DNA from: Podarcis liolepis
Taxonomy: Eukaryota
Reading direction: 5' to 3' (one strand)
Length of the DNA stretch: 64,000 nucleotides
Assembly (NCBI GenBank): GCA_965112155.1
Contig: OZ218098.1
Below, in pieces: positions 35,401 to 50,400 of the stretch (position 1 is the first letter of the stretch; every line of letters starts with the position of its first letter). Both the position numbers and the translations under genes were made by a program. Under the pieces are notes generated by a model. The model did no database searches, had not been told where the DNA came from, and saw only the letters and a program-made list of their open reading frames with translations.

Positions 35401-38400
35401 AGACTTGTGAAGCCTGTGAACCCGTTGATTCACTCCTGTCTTTCAGGGGAGCCCATAAGAGCACCAAAAGAAATAGCTGCTCAACGATTTGTTTTTTACT
35501 GGATTTTTTTTTATAAACGTGACAGAAACCCAGTCAATAATATGAATTTAATACCTGCAGTGGGTTGAATGTATGTTTAAATTGAAACGGGTCTATTCCT
35601 CAGTATTAACAGCATTCACACATGCTCACAAATGGGAGTGGGGGAACAGGATCAAAAAATTAGTGTCACGTGCAAAAATGCCCTCACATCTTATTTTCGG
35701 ATCATAAGATCACTATTTTTATAGTCAGTTGTTCAGGCTGTTGCAATAAACCTCACAAAGTAGTAGAAATACCAACAGAAGCATCTTCCGAAGTGTGAAG
35801 GAAGAAAGTTTGTAGGAAAGGGCAATGCTAATGGTACTGGATATAACAGGGCACTTTAATATTTAATTGTGCGGCTTTGTCTTAAGGTTCTAAACGGTCT
35901 GTTAATAAATGCCCCATAGTAAGCAGGGTCATGTGTATTACTTCAAATGGATAAACAACAGCCCAGATTCAACTAACGAGTTCTAGCAGGAACTGGCAGT
36001 GCAATGGGGCTTTCTCCCTTCCCCTCCCCATGTGTCCCCCATCAGCTCTGGGGGCTTGGGAGAACTCCCAGAGCAGCATGCAAGGTGAGGAGAGGGCAAG
36101 TGTGCCTTCTAGGAAGCAGAAATACTTGTGCTAACGGAACAGTCCTTGTAATGAATTCACCACACCACGTGTGTTCTGTGCCCCTGGTCAGATTATAGGA
36201 AGTGCTAGCCTCCTATCTAAGGTGAGGAACCTGCAGGCCTCAAAATGTTGCTGCACAGCAACTCCCATCATCCGTAGCTGGTAGCCGTATATGTGAAAGG
36301 CTGCACCTGTTAAAATTCCCAACAAGTGGAAAGAATTGACTGAGGGTATCTGCAGTCCATCACAGGGACAGATAGCAACTATTCTGGAGTAATGTTTGGG
36401 GGGAAATTCAGTTAATGATATAGTAAGCACAGGTTCTGAGCATCTAAAAGATTTCACTGATGAGTAAAAACATATATGTTTAAAAAGTGCTTTATGTAAT
36501 TTTGTGACATATGCCTAAACATAAACAAGGCTCCAAGCAGTGGCAATTAGAAACATTTTGTGGGATCCCCTCCCTGCACCCCAATCCCTTTTTCACCTTG
36601 TTAATGTAGATGTCCACTGCAGTCTGTTAGATGTCTAAATAGTTGAAAGTTGCACTCAGATGTTACAGGTGGTGTGTGGTTTATAGTTTTAGCCATTCTA
36701 CACTGTACACTGCTTCATCCACAGTGTTAACAATAGTACATATTTCATCCGTCGTCTTCTAATTATTGTTAACTTCAGCAAGCACCATTGCAAAATCCAT
36801 CAAAAATGAGTTTTCACAGCAGTGCTTTATGTGGCCATTGATTTTCTCTCGTGTGGTTTTTCTTCATGTGCCTTGTTCTCGGTGACCCTGAGACTCAGCT
36901 TTGTTCTGGACTTGTAGCCCATGGCAGTAAAGTGGGGGAGATGAGGCATGAGCTGAGATGTAGAGCATGCATAAAGGAGGAGACATGTAAAAACTGAAAT
37001 GACATGGCAGCTGAAACATCTTGTTGCTCATCCGGGTTGCATGTTTGAGGAGAGAATGGGAAGTAAATTGTGATATGCAACTGAATAACAGCCGACAGGG
37101 TGGATGGTTTTAAGGTATGTGGATGCTCAGTCACATAGCGCAGGCAGAAGGCCAAAGGACAAGGAGCTGTTGGGTGTCCTTGCAGTCAGATTGTAGCCTT
37201 ATAGCCTAAAAAGACGAGGAGGCATTGATTTACAAAAACACAAAACACAGAGCTCATCTAAACTCCGGAAAGACAGAGAGCACCAGGCTTTAAAATGAAT
37301 TCGACATGCTGTTTTATAACAATTTGAAATTCAATAGCTGTCATATGTGACATAATATTTTTGCACCTTAAGTATCTAATTGTTATGTATGCTTGCTACT
37401 AATAATAATGGCACACCTGCCTCATGTCATAGGAAGCGTACATCAGTCACTGAAACATGCATGGCTTTGTGATTTTCCCATTAAGCTTGTAGCATTGTTT
37501 TTCAGCTCTAACCTAAGGCTTTGTCTGTACCAGCTATTACACTTAAGTTATTCCTAGGACTCACCTGTGTCCCAGGAGACCCTTGATCTGACCTTTATGT
37601 GCTAAAAGATGATGTGCAAAATCGCAGGCATAACTTGCAAATAAATCCTCTGGCAACCAGAACTCTAGCCAGCTGCTTTAAAGGGTGGGTTGGAAGCTTT
37701 GTTGCTGTGCAGATTCTTTGAAGTGGGCACCTCCTGGTCTAGTTACTTTTATTGAAGTGAAGTGTTTCCCTTTCCTAATCACAAAGTAGACCACATTCTG
37801 CTTATGAAATAATTACCGGGAGGAAAGGAACCTGTTTCTTAAGCAGGCTGTAGGCATGCTCAGGCCCGAACACACAAATGCTCAAACTGGGGGGGGGGGG
37901 GACAGAGGTACACATGCAAGCTCCACTCCCAACACCCCCAGGGATGTGGGCTCCTCTTTAGATCTTTGTGTGATTAAGCTTAGGCAGGGCTCCCAATCAC
38001 TCAGCCATTTCTGAAAGCATTCAGCTACATGTGCTGAACCTCCCTTCAGACCACCATGTTAAAGGCCCAGTGGTCTGAGGAGGCTCCCACACACTTAGAG
38101 ACAGGGATTGTATGTATGCCCTCATCCATGCTTTGAGCACTTGTACGTTCACATGAATGCCTGACCACAAGTTGTATAGCACGAAAAGCTCCAGCCATCT
38201 TGCCTACCTGAAACAGCAGGCTGCAAGGCCTATCTATTTGCAGTTTTATTTTTAAGCATCTGTTCTAGCATGTCAGTTCTGGAGTTTTCTTTAGCCAACA
38301 TCCACAGGATTTATCACTGTAGGAAATGTCTACCTTTGATTCATTCTCAGTGGAGAAAACCCAGAAGAGCCATAATTGGGAGTGCTACCTTGGATATGAA

Positions 38401-41400
38401 GAGGACTTCACCTGCTGTTCCAATGGCCTTACCCTTGGAAGCGCAACTGGTGCAAACAGTCCTAAATGATTAAGACTACCCGTGAGTTGAAGACTACAAT
38501 CCAAGGGTGTTTGTCACACAGTTTTGAGGCACTTATTCATTATGGTCCAAGCCACTGAAGGGGCCATGTGCCCTTCTTCACACACAGATAATTGGAACAA
38601 AAACAAAACAAATGTGATGCTGTTGATGAGCTCACTGTCTGAACAAGCTGTCTCAGTAGAAACATCAAGGTACTAGGCAATATCATCACATTTGAAATGA
38701 ATTGACTATCCACCTTGTTTGCTTTCCAGCTTTCCTAATTTATTGGCTGTATTTGTTTTTCTTATCTATCCTGTGACATACAAGGAAATGGAGGAAGAGA
38801 TAGAGAAATGGCTATTCCCCAGATTGGGGTTTTCTTGTTTGCTATTTGTCAATTTACTTTTGGCCCTTTTTTCATTTATTATATTGTTCTCAGAAGTACT
38901 TTAAGAAACTTTAGACCTTAAAATTAAAATAAAAAGATGTATTTCACAAAAGAAAACTTAGCCCTCAGACAGTTCTCTGTGGAATAATAAAACAAACATA
39001 TGCCCGCATCCAAAGCCCCTTCGTGAAATGAAACCGAATGCTGAGAAGGAATCCCATGACCTTCACAAGCAGGAGAGCCTCTTCAATTTAAAGCAAAGGA
39101 AACAAAAATATTGCCCTGCTTTAAAAATGTCACAGTCGTCTTTAATTAATTACTCAACTCTGAATGAGACACTTTTTGCTGTTGTTGTTTATACTTACAA
39201 ATATTTTGATCCGGACTAAATTTAAAATGTGTGTTTTGTGAATAAACTTCCTTGGCTGCTCTTTCTTTATTGGTGCCATAATTTTGACTTATGGGTATTT
39301 TGATCCTGTGTAGAGGCTAGCTGCGGCTGCATGATGATAATATAAATTATAGTCTGATTCTAGTAGCTTTCTCCTCCCCCACCCCCAACAATCACCTTAG
39401 TTTCAGGCAGTCATCTTTGTGATAATAGAGGTATTGATAGAAAGAGCTATTGAAAGCATTCCCCTTTCTATAGCTTTATCATTGTATTAGATTTGTTTGT
39501 TTGTTTGGAAATGGTATGCCGCCTTTGAGACTTTTACAACAGAAAGATGGTATATAAATATCTTAAATAAGAAATCACAATTTTTTGCTTGGCATGCTAA
39601 GAACGCACAGTTTTGATTAACTGCAACACAGCACACAGTGTTAGCATAGAGGAAGGACTTCCTGCAGGAGAAAAAGTGATCACTTACAATATTTTGCAGG
39701 CTGCCCATCTAAACCCATCATTGCCTGGCACCTACACACTAAGGGCAAGGTTCCAGCGAACTTGTGAGTGGGCAGCATGCCATCTGAACAGATGGGCATG
39801 GAAGTAGGCAGCCAGTAGACCATGTATGTGCATCAACTGTGGGTGTTGAGGGCAAGATTCCCAATGGAGAGTGTCCAAACAGCTGTCTGGCCTGAGCCAA
39901 CATGCCTACGACCAAGGAAGAGTGCCATCCCTAAATCCTGCTGAGTTGGATTAACCTTCAAAAAATAAAAATTGCTTCTGCAGTAGCATAAGGTGAGCTT
40001 TTGGCTTGTTTAAATCTGGGAGAATGAATTAGGCAGGCGAGATAAAAAGAAGCACTAATGAAGCATCCGCTAGAGGGGAATAAATATAGGGCAAGGAGTA
40101 TTAAAAATACCACTAACACAAGGGCATTTCTCAGTAGATATTAGCCAGCAGTTTGTAGCATTCTTGTTAACTCTTCAGCTCCCGGAATGGTAAAAACTTT
40201 CAAAAAGGGCAACATTCCAGCAGAACTGAAACACCCTTCTGGTGGAGCTATCTCATTTTCCAATGTGTCATTTTAAATACACTGGGAACGTTGTTATGCC
40301 CTATTCTGCAGCTCTAGTTGTATGCAAGTATGAATGTGTGCATAAGAATGTGAATACTATGGATGTACTTCAATTTATGCCTGCAGTTCTCAGCCCAGCA
40401 AATGAGTTGTCCTTAGCTAGATCACTTTATTAGTATCTAATTGTTTGATATAACAGGACACAATGGGAGAGAAAACTGCTGCTGCTTTTGCCAACAGCTT
40501 TGGTATTGGACTTGGACCTGGGGAAACCACTCTTCATATTCTGTTCTTGATGGTCTTTGAGCTTGATGGTTCTTTAACTTCCGTTACCTATCTGTAAAAT
40601 GGGAGTTACTGTGACCTGTTTTTTAAAAGATGAGTTAAACATTTTGAAACATGCTATATTAACGCTTATTAAAATTCAACTAATAAACCTGGCTAAGTGC
40701 CATGGAAACTTTATGAGAAAATTTAAAAAAAATCATTGTAAAAATTAGAAAATGAAGCTGAGATTCAAGGCTTGAGCAACAGAAAGTCAAGTACAACTAG
40801 GATGTGATTGATTATAAGTTCATGCACTAGTTTATATGTTATGTCTTTCATAGCAAACTCATTTGCAGTATTTACCACTAGGTTTAGTTGTTTCATGCCT
40901 ATAACTTGTAGCTCAATTTCCCATGTGAAATGGCTGCATAGGAATCATGTCCTACAACCATACGTTCTTAGTAATGGCAGGAAAGCTCAACATAAGAGAG
41001 AGTAAGCCACGTCTATAGAGTAAGCAGCTATACTACTGTAATTATGCCATTCTGAAGATTGGTTCAGGCTGATTCTACATATTGCCTATAATGTATGGCC
41101 TGGCTCTAAGATGACTGATATAATTTCACATTTGTAACTGAGCAGATTTGGGTTGGGCCTACATTCACAAATGAGAACCTCATGTGTATTGCTTTAAGCC
41201 ACATACAAGAAGGATGTGACAAAAGAATAGCAGTGTTTCATAAAAGGAATGAATTGAGTCAGGGAACTAAGAATATAGCTTATCATTTTGTTGTAACTAA
41301 GATAATAAAAACAAAATATGACCCCTGGCCTATATAGTCTAGTATCCTGTTCCCCAAAGTGGCCTCTCATGTCCCTTCAGGAAATCCACATGAAAACCAT

Positions 41401-44400
41401 AGGCTCTTCCTTTCTGTTGCCCACTTCCACCAGCTATTATTCAGTGATCAATAAGCTTGGGCTCTGAATTTGACCAGTCCCTTAGGCCATCTAAGATATT
41501 AGCCACCATCCCATCTTGCAGAAGTGAATTTCAAAAATTATGTGCTGTATCGTCAGACGTATACCCTAATTTTCCTTTAGAAAGTACAGAGCACATAAGC
41601 ACCACAGCATTAGGTGTTCCCAGATCATTAAATGTGTCCACCATGTCTTGCTCCTTTTTATAAGTTGACCCAATCTTATAGGAGAACCTATTGATTTATA
41701 TGTATACCCCCAACCTTATGGCTTTAGTTGCAACAGCAACCAAAATACAAAGTAAGCCATTGTCCTGATTCAGCTATTGTGACATGGCACATTAGGAGCA
41801 GTTCTTCTTTCATGCAGTCATCCAGAGGGTCACACAATATTCTGAAAAAACTAGTCAGATCTAGACATCTGGCACTTGATTATGCTGAGGTTTGCTAGGA
41901 CAATTAACATACATAACAGTGCGAGCAGATCAATAAGGCTGTAACATGCATCTACATACAGATGTGCTCCAAGCAATGTAATCCAATTAATCCAGGGTAT
42001 GAAGTAAGGTGCATAGAAGGTGCAAGTGAGAATGTATACACTAACTAAAATATATTGGACCACTGCTCAAGGTTTTCAATCCCTTGCGGGGTTACTCACA
42101 AGCAATGCTTGTTGTTCAGGACTCTTAAATCAGGGCTCTGGTTCATTGCAATATGTGTGAAATAACACATATTGATTTTCTTTTATTTAAGATATTATAC
42201 TGCTCATTATCCGGATTAAGTTGGGACTGTTTATAATAAATTTCATTGATATCTTGCAGGATTGGGAGGGAAGTACCTCCATAGGCTTTAGCATGAAGGA
42301 AGGCTCTCTTACTCTGTTAAAAGGTCTATAAGGTTTTGATTTATAACTGAACTGAGGGTCAAGGCAAGCAAAGCCATTATCATTATTCTTACACACACTA
42401 GGGAACTGAACTGTGTACAGAGGGCAGTGTACTTAAAAGGAGACGTAAGGAAGGAGAATGTAACACAGATCTGTGTTGTTGTTTTTTTTAAAAAATCTGA
42501 CTTTTACAGATTGAAACAAAGGAATGTGATATAGTACTCAGACAGTAAATGTACAGTCCAGCTTCTTTGTTAAACAATGTGTGGCTAAAAGTTCTAGTTC
42601 CAAGCAGGAGTGAAAGCAACTTCCTTTTACTTGTTCTACTTAAGGACCCAGTATTATTCCACTGCAATATCACTCTTTTTCACTAGGAGCTACTTCCTTG
42701 TTCCAATAACCCTGGTAGCCCTCATTCTTGGAACATGTTGCAGTTGTGTTCTGATTCTTGGTAACCCTAAGTTACATGCATTTGTTCCATTTTGCTTATC
42801 ACAAAGCTGTTCGCCGTAAAGTTACATTGTCAGCCCTTGGTTTACTTCAGGATAACTGGCATATTTTTGCAGAAATTCTGCCTTTGCAGAAACTGACAAT
42901 GACTTCATTCCTGGATGCTAGGAGAAATCTAGCAGTATTGTTATACCCTTTAGCTAACTTGGGGGGAGGGGGGAGGGAAGAGGGGAAAGTTGCTGAGGTT
43001 GAATTTAACAAAACCAGATTTGCCCATAGACTTGCAAGCGCTTAGTGTGTGGACTTTTTAATGCTTCAGGTGACATTGCTGCTGACTGAAGAACGTTCAT
43101 CAAATCATAAAACTGCTGATAAGCCAGCTTTCCCGAATAGGAACCTTCTGAAGGTTTCTCAGACTTTCTTAATACTTGAAGCTTAGTGGAAATGATTGAG
43201 ATTATTAGAATATGTGGTGGAAAATGGGAGAGATCCCAAGGGTTTGACCATGCACTATCCCTTATGCCCGAATCTTAAAATGTCATACCTGCTTGGGAGT
43301 GTTAACAGCACAACATTATTGTTAACATGAGTGTGATATCATTTTGGGGTCATTACACTAGCACAGTGACATTGGCAGGCCTCATCCTAAGTACTCACAT
43401 GCTAGACCAACAATTCTTCAGATTAGATTATTAGTCTGTGGGAAATTGTCATTTTTCTATCTTTCTTTTGTCTAGTATCAACATCTATACATAGCAGTGC
43501 CAATACATTGTCTAAAATGGATATACTATATTAGAAAGGTGACACACTGATATATAAGCATAGTACTTTTCCTTCATTGGTATGTGCATAATTTTTTTTT
43601 ATTCTCATGATAGCTCTTTGAGGGAGGTCACTAATATTCCTTTTTAAGGACTGCCCACAATGTTATAACACTTCTCACTTTTCACTTATCTGTTGAAATC
43701 AAGAATACACAACATACGCCTGTGTGTGTGTGAAGAACGTCCAATTTTCCCTCGGCTTAAAATTGCAGCGTTAAAGTGCTTCACTTTAGCTTGATCACTC
43801 CCAACGTATTCTCTTTGAATCACTGATGGAGTATCATTTATTGACCCCCAAGGAATGCTGGGAGGTCATTTTCTTTCATTCTGGGTAGAGAAATGATCTC
43901 ACAACTTTATCTGCTATGTTATATGTAAAAGTATAATTAAGAGTGGGGATCTTTGAGAGAATAAAAATGATATAGACCTGAATAGTTTAGATAGGGATGT
44001 TGTAGCATGAATATTAGCACCAGATCTGTATAACATTAAAAAATATGCAGAGGGGAGATAAATGGAACTAATTTATTTTGAATTTACACACATGCCTCAG
44101 TTTGTATTAATATTAAAGTTCTATCCAAAATCTAAATGGAAAGTCTGACATCTTAGAAGTTCTCTCAACAGCATCAGCAAATCATTCTTGTTTACCCTAC
44201 ATGCTAATAAAACGGGAGCATGACACTCCTGAAAACAAGATTGCAAAATACAGAAAATGTGGTCTGACATTTTTTTCTCCCCAAAGGAGGGACTGCCACT
44301 AACGAAAGTATTTCTTATGAAGGCTCGATTGCTTAAGATGCAGAATATTAAGAGAGAAAAACACTTTAGGACACAGCCATGTCACCAGCTGTTACTCATT

Positions 44401-47400
44401 TCTAATGAAATTGTTAAGTGATATTCCTCATAAATAGGTCAGCGAAACTTTTGAATCACAGAGACTGTTTTATCTGTTTTCTCTGTGAAACGTTGGTATT
44501 AAATTTAGAATGGGTAATTCATTAAGCTCATTAGCTATCACTGGGAGAGTAGAGCACTTTCTAAGATGTAGGTTTCAGGGCTTAAAACGTTAGTGCTTAC
44601 AAATAAACATGAAAGCAGTGTGTGCTGTAAAATATGGGATCATAATATTTTAAAGTATATTTTGAGGGAGGCCCTCTGGATTAATTATGAACATTTTGTA
44701 GAGTCCGACATTTACATATAAACAGCATATATTATGGCTTCTTGTTAACTGTGTTTTACTATGAAAGAAGACAGGGAGCCTAGTTAAAAAACCAGTCAAA
44801 ATTTACTGATTATTTCTGTTTTGGATAAAAATAACACATTTCTTTATGTGTTTCAGTCCCGCATGGCAAACTGTGGTTCCTTTTAAAACAAAGCACAATT
44901 AAAATCTACCAAGAAATAGTTTCTTATTTTGGTTCACTTACATAAAATGATAAGGAGGTAGCATCACCTCCATCCTTCAGGCAGATCAGTGCCTGGATGG
45001 GAGGCCAGGACCTGTGCCATGGAAGAGAAGTGAAAGATGTAAATGTATTAATAAATAACTTAGAGCAAAGCACCTCCGATTCTTTCCCTCTTTCCTTAAA
45101 TTTCATTGACATATTTTAAATACATATGGTAAGCTCTTTTTTTTGGGGGGGGGGGGCGAGAGCATAATCCACAAATAGAAAAGAAGGTGCTAAATTACAT
45201 GAGAGCTCCCATAGCAGGAATTCATATGTGTAGCACTAGGGAAGGAAAAAGAACCTACCTGCTGCTGCCACAGCTGCCAACATTGCAGGTAGGTAAAATG
45301 TAGTGGAGGTGATGAAGTTGGGGGAAAGCTAGGAGATAACAGGGGGCTGGGAATGATGCTTTTCTCTCAGTGGCAATTGGGAGAGCAATTGCATTTAACA
45401 AAGCTTGTAATTTGGCTTGGAAATAACCGATTGTCCAACCTTTTCAGAAATGTTTTCAGAGTCCATCTATGACTTGAACTGAGAGGTATTTGACTATCTC
45501 AAAACAATACCGACCGACTTTAAAGAGTTATTGAAAGGGTTACTGAGCAGGCACATTAAACACGGAATTATTATTACTAGAGGTAGCGAGGGATAGAATG
45601 TTATAAATAAAGAAGGCTGCGTGTCAGTGTTATTAGCATGCAGATTCTTAGCACTTAGCGCAGAGCAAACTGCGTATGTTCTGTTAAGTTACTTTCAATC
45701 GACCCTTCCTTGTTCAGCATTGTTTGATTTGATGCTAGCAGGTTCTAACTTGTAAATGAATGCATTTTCAGATATCCCGTCATAGAAGGAATCATTCCCA
45801 ACACAATTTAACACTTTCTGAGTTCATCAGCCCACTGGAGCAAACGGTAAGCAATTGTATTACAGAATTTACAATTTATTGATGTAGTTCTTTACTTCAG
45901 ATTTCATTAATCAAAATGTAATGCATGTTTTTTGGAGGGTAAGTACTTAGGGCTGCAGATGCCTCAATATATTAATAGGGTGAAGAGAACTAAAGATTTG
46001 GGGGAAGGTTGGTTAAACAGTGAAAATAATAATTTTGGAATCTACAAACCATTGTGGTGAATGATATACAATTTCAATTACCCATTAACTCAAGAAAATT
46101 AAAGCTGACATTTCAGCAATACTAATAGATATTTATTACATGATGACATTGCTTATCCAAAAATGGATGTGTTTAGCAAAATGAATAAAATCAAGAGAAA
46201 ATGCTAGGCATGAAGTTGCTTTCTGAAGAGTTTGCTACTCAGTGAGGAGCAGGGATAAACCTGTAGAAAACCTGTAGAAAAATTAGTCCTGGTGTGTTCC
46301 CCGTTTCCACTTGCACTATGGTTCCTAAAGTAGATGAGAAACTCTCAGATAGAGATAAGTCTGGATTTGCTGCCAATGTGCGTCCAACTCTGTTGTTCTG
46401 CTTGCACAGCATGTCTGCAGTAGCATGCTGGTCCCAATTAGTTGGCACCACCATGCCAAGTCCCGAGAATGAACCCGCATGCTTGGTTGGCTCCCTAGTG
46501 GTGTGGCTGAATAGAGAGAAAGCTTCTTCCCTCTGGTTCATGCCTAGGCAGTCTTTGCCATCACCACCTTCTCCATCCTCCCTCCAGTACAGCACAGCTC
46601 AGCAAATATAGTGAAATTTGAAACACCTAAAATTTGAATAGCTAGATGATGAAAGTGACTTTAACTGAGAGAATGATTTTTGGAGGTAGGGAGGGCAAAC
46701 TGATTCTGTTGATATTCTGCTAAATCTAAGAACTACAGCCTGCTCTGTCAGAGAGAGTACAATCCCATCCAGGGCAGATAATTTCTTGGGCACAGGAACC
46801 AGTCACGCACGGAGTCTCTGACTTGCCAGGATTCAAACTCAGTTTATTTTCCTTCAGTCCACCAAATTCTTTTTGCATTTGTTTTACAATTCTACTTGTT
46901 AATTCTGACTCTTGTGTTCTTGCAAGTTTTAATTAATAACTATTTTACTTGGAGTTTTTATACAAGTGGGCCTCTCCATTTCAGAAGAAGAAACCCATTT
47001 CCACTCCTGCATCCTTTTTATGTAGCTAGAACCTCCCCTTCCTCCTCTCAAGGACGTAAGAGGCATACAACCAAATGTTGCCACAATGATGTGGGAACTG
47101 ATTCTCTGTGGTACACCTCAGTGACTCTCCAGTAACATCTATATTGAGGAACCATGGGATGAGCGCAAATCCTTCTCATATAAATGTTACCTGATCCCTT
47201 GGAGGACAATGTCGCCTTGGAAAGTCACTAGATCATTGTCCATACTCACATGGTTCCTCAACACAAATATTACCCAAGAAGAGTATATAAAACAAGACCA
47301 CGGGTCAATTTCTACCATACTGTTGCACTTATGTATGAATTGGGCCATGGAAGCCTTTGTTGACAGTAGTCCTCTGCATATGCACAGAAACTTCATGCCA

Positions 47401-50400
47401 GCAAGATAAAATTCTTCTACGGGTCTAACTGCCAAACCTCAGATCTAGTTTGCAGTTGTCACCATCCTCCTATGAATTCTTTGCTTTCAGGTAGATGTTC
47501 AAGGCCTCAGAATGTGAACTGTATGAGAGAGACCTCAGAATTAACTATTTAACAGATGTTTATTTGTATAAATAACAAATAAATATTAAACTAAGTTTTT
47601 GGACCAGTGCTGTATGGTTTATGGTGTGAATTTATTTGTTTTTATGGAGAACCTTTCAAATAGGAGATCTCATCTCCTGAACATTTTCCTAATCTAGGAA
47701 ATTCATCCGCCCTCTATACTGGCCTCCACCCATTTAGCTGACATATCCCAACTGCTCCTTCCTTCCCCAGCGTCCTGCCCTCCAATAGATTCCCCTCCCC
47801 TCTTACCATAACATTCCATCCTCCAGGCAATTCTTCCTTCTATCCAGTCATGCTCCAGAACACAGACCTTCTTTAAAGCAATGCCCCACTGCTCTCAGTA
47901 AGACTTCTGAATAATTTTTCATACCAACTTCATAATTTTTTTCTTTGCCATTATGTAAAATATTCAAGCACACAGATAACATCTATAGAGATATTGCACA
48001 CCATAGTCACATAGATGCATTAACTGCATGAAATATGAACAAGTATAAAGCAATAAAAGCATGTCATTTTATCCTTTCCCTCACCCCTATACAGAGTCCT
48101 TGAATTCTTCTGCCTTATTTCTGTGCTCGTTTATGTTCAGGGCTATTGCTCCCTCAACCTTTCTTCAGCTAGAAAGGTGCAGGAACAGTACAGCTAAAAA
48201 ACAACACCCCCAAACAAATGATGGATATTTATTGAGGCAGAAAAGATAGCAAGTGCTGTAAGGACATTTCGTGTTCAGTAATCTCATGCCATCCATCTGT
48301 GGAAGGAATGAAACGATAACCTGAATCCTCCTGGAAGGATTGTGATGGAGACATTTGAACAGACGCTCACCAATGCAAAACACACGTGTCTTTCTGTGGT
48401 GCAGTTTTGACGTAATGTTTCCAACCTCTGAGGCCTGGTCATGTGTCAAAGGTTCAAAGAAAAGGACTGTGGGAAGAGAGCATGTAATTCTGTGGCTCAC
48501 TGCCTCCTCGCTGTTACATCTGTGTCAGCCCAGAGTTGCAATTTCTGGTTGTTGCCTGTTTCCATTGGAATAAACTACTTCGGCAAGAGGGGGAAATGAC
48601 CAAAATTGGGATCTATTTCAGAGAAACTAATCTGAAGCTTGGATGGTAAACAGGAGCCATCTCCAATTCACATTTTAGCCAGGGGAAAATAACTTCCTTC
48701 CTTGTACGTATCCTGGCAAGAACAGTGTGCATATGTAAGGTACAGAATGAGAAGGGGAACAGGCCAGATGTTTGCTATAATCTTGGTGCCATGGGGTGGG
48801 AGAAGGCTGGATGATTTATGTGAACATGATCAAAAAATCCTTGCATTGCTTTATGGAGCAACAACCTGATTCTGAGTGGAGCAACAATCTGTTTATTGAG
48901 GAACAGTTCCTTGGGTGATCCATTTTTTTCTTTTGCATTCAGTACTGAAAATATGGTCCAACATACACAAATCTATGCATTAGTACCTATAGCCTGTGCT
49001 TCCAAAAATTTCAGGAGCTCATGAAGAACGTGTGTTATGTAGCATATGCGTTGCCCAACATGTTCCAAAATCTCAGCTGTTCATAAAAATGCAGAGTATG
49101 CTCCTGATACTGTAGCATACGTTTTTGTATTTATATTCCAAAATTTGGCTTACATATAATGAAAACAAACAATATTATATATGAATCTTTTATGGACTGT
49201 TTGCATATTTTAATTAAAAAGTGTATTTTAAACTTAATAACTTATTTTATGGCAATAGATAACCTTATATAAAATTGTGCAGCAGTGTAATAAAATGCCT
49301 GCATCTCTAAGCCAGGCCTGAATAACTGAAGTGACCCACTGAAGTTGAATGCAGCACACAGGTCCAGTGTTGTAGCCTGCTAGTAGGCTGACAAACTCCT
49401 TGTTTTGGTAGTCCTGGGGAGAAAAAGCCAAGGAATTTATCAAGAGGTTTATTGAGGCTTTGGAGAACCACCACACAGGGCTGGTGGCTCTGTCTAAGGT
49501 CGTAAATTGTGCAGACCTGGATTCAAATATAAGCAGAGGTGAGGTAGTAGTCCAACCAATGTGGTGTTAATTTTTGTATCTTGTCTTGTTTCATGGTCTC
49601 TGGGCAGTCTCAAGCCCTATATTCTGTACCTGCTCAGACCAAAGTTCAGAATCAGTGACCAGTGTTTTTCAACCACTGTTCCGCCGCGAGATGTTGCCTG
49701 GTGTGCCGTGGGAAAAATTGAAAAATTCAAAAGATTTTTTTTTTTAAAAAAATGTCAAATTTTCGCCCACTAGGCGGGCGCCGGACTGTGTCCACCCTAT
49801 TTTCCATCCGTCCTGGGTGGGGATCAGATCGGATGAGAGCGGACAGGCAGTCCGCTCTCATCCGATTCCCCATAGAGAGCAGCGGGGCTCTGACATCTCC
49901 CTCTCCGCACACAGTGGTGGTGTGCCTGGTGATTTTTTTCATGAAACAAGTGTGCCTTTGCCCAAAAAAGGTTGAAAAACACTGTTCTAGACCACTATGA
50001 GAAATTTCATATGGTGGCTTGTAGCTACCCACTGTTGGATCCTAGGGCAAGTGTTTCTACCGGTGGGTCCTGCTAAGATACATGGCTGCTAGCTGCTGCT
50101 AAAGGATGCCCTTTGCTATTCCCAGCCCTTCACTGATACGTTTTCTTGCAACATTTCTGTTTTCATTTCTGTTCATTTTTTAAGACTTTGTAGCAAGCTC
50201 TTCAACACATAATACCTGCCTTAGCTGGGAAGCACAGCTCATCTAGGTCTAAGCTGCATTTGTGAACATATATTAAAACAATTGGGTGGGAACTAGTTTC
50301 TTTGGCAGTATGCCAGTGTAGGGAAACCTGAAAGCACAAATAAGAATTTAGCATAAGTTTGTTCTTTATTGCAGGTAATCAAAGAAGGGTGTCTTCTAAA

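Noticed and set aside
46239-46611. ORFs of 118 aa (-) and 105 aa (+) in a GC-richer patch
   Set aside because: No recognisable domain or convincing splice structure; possibly an old repeat that I could not classify.
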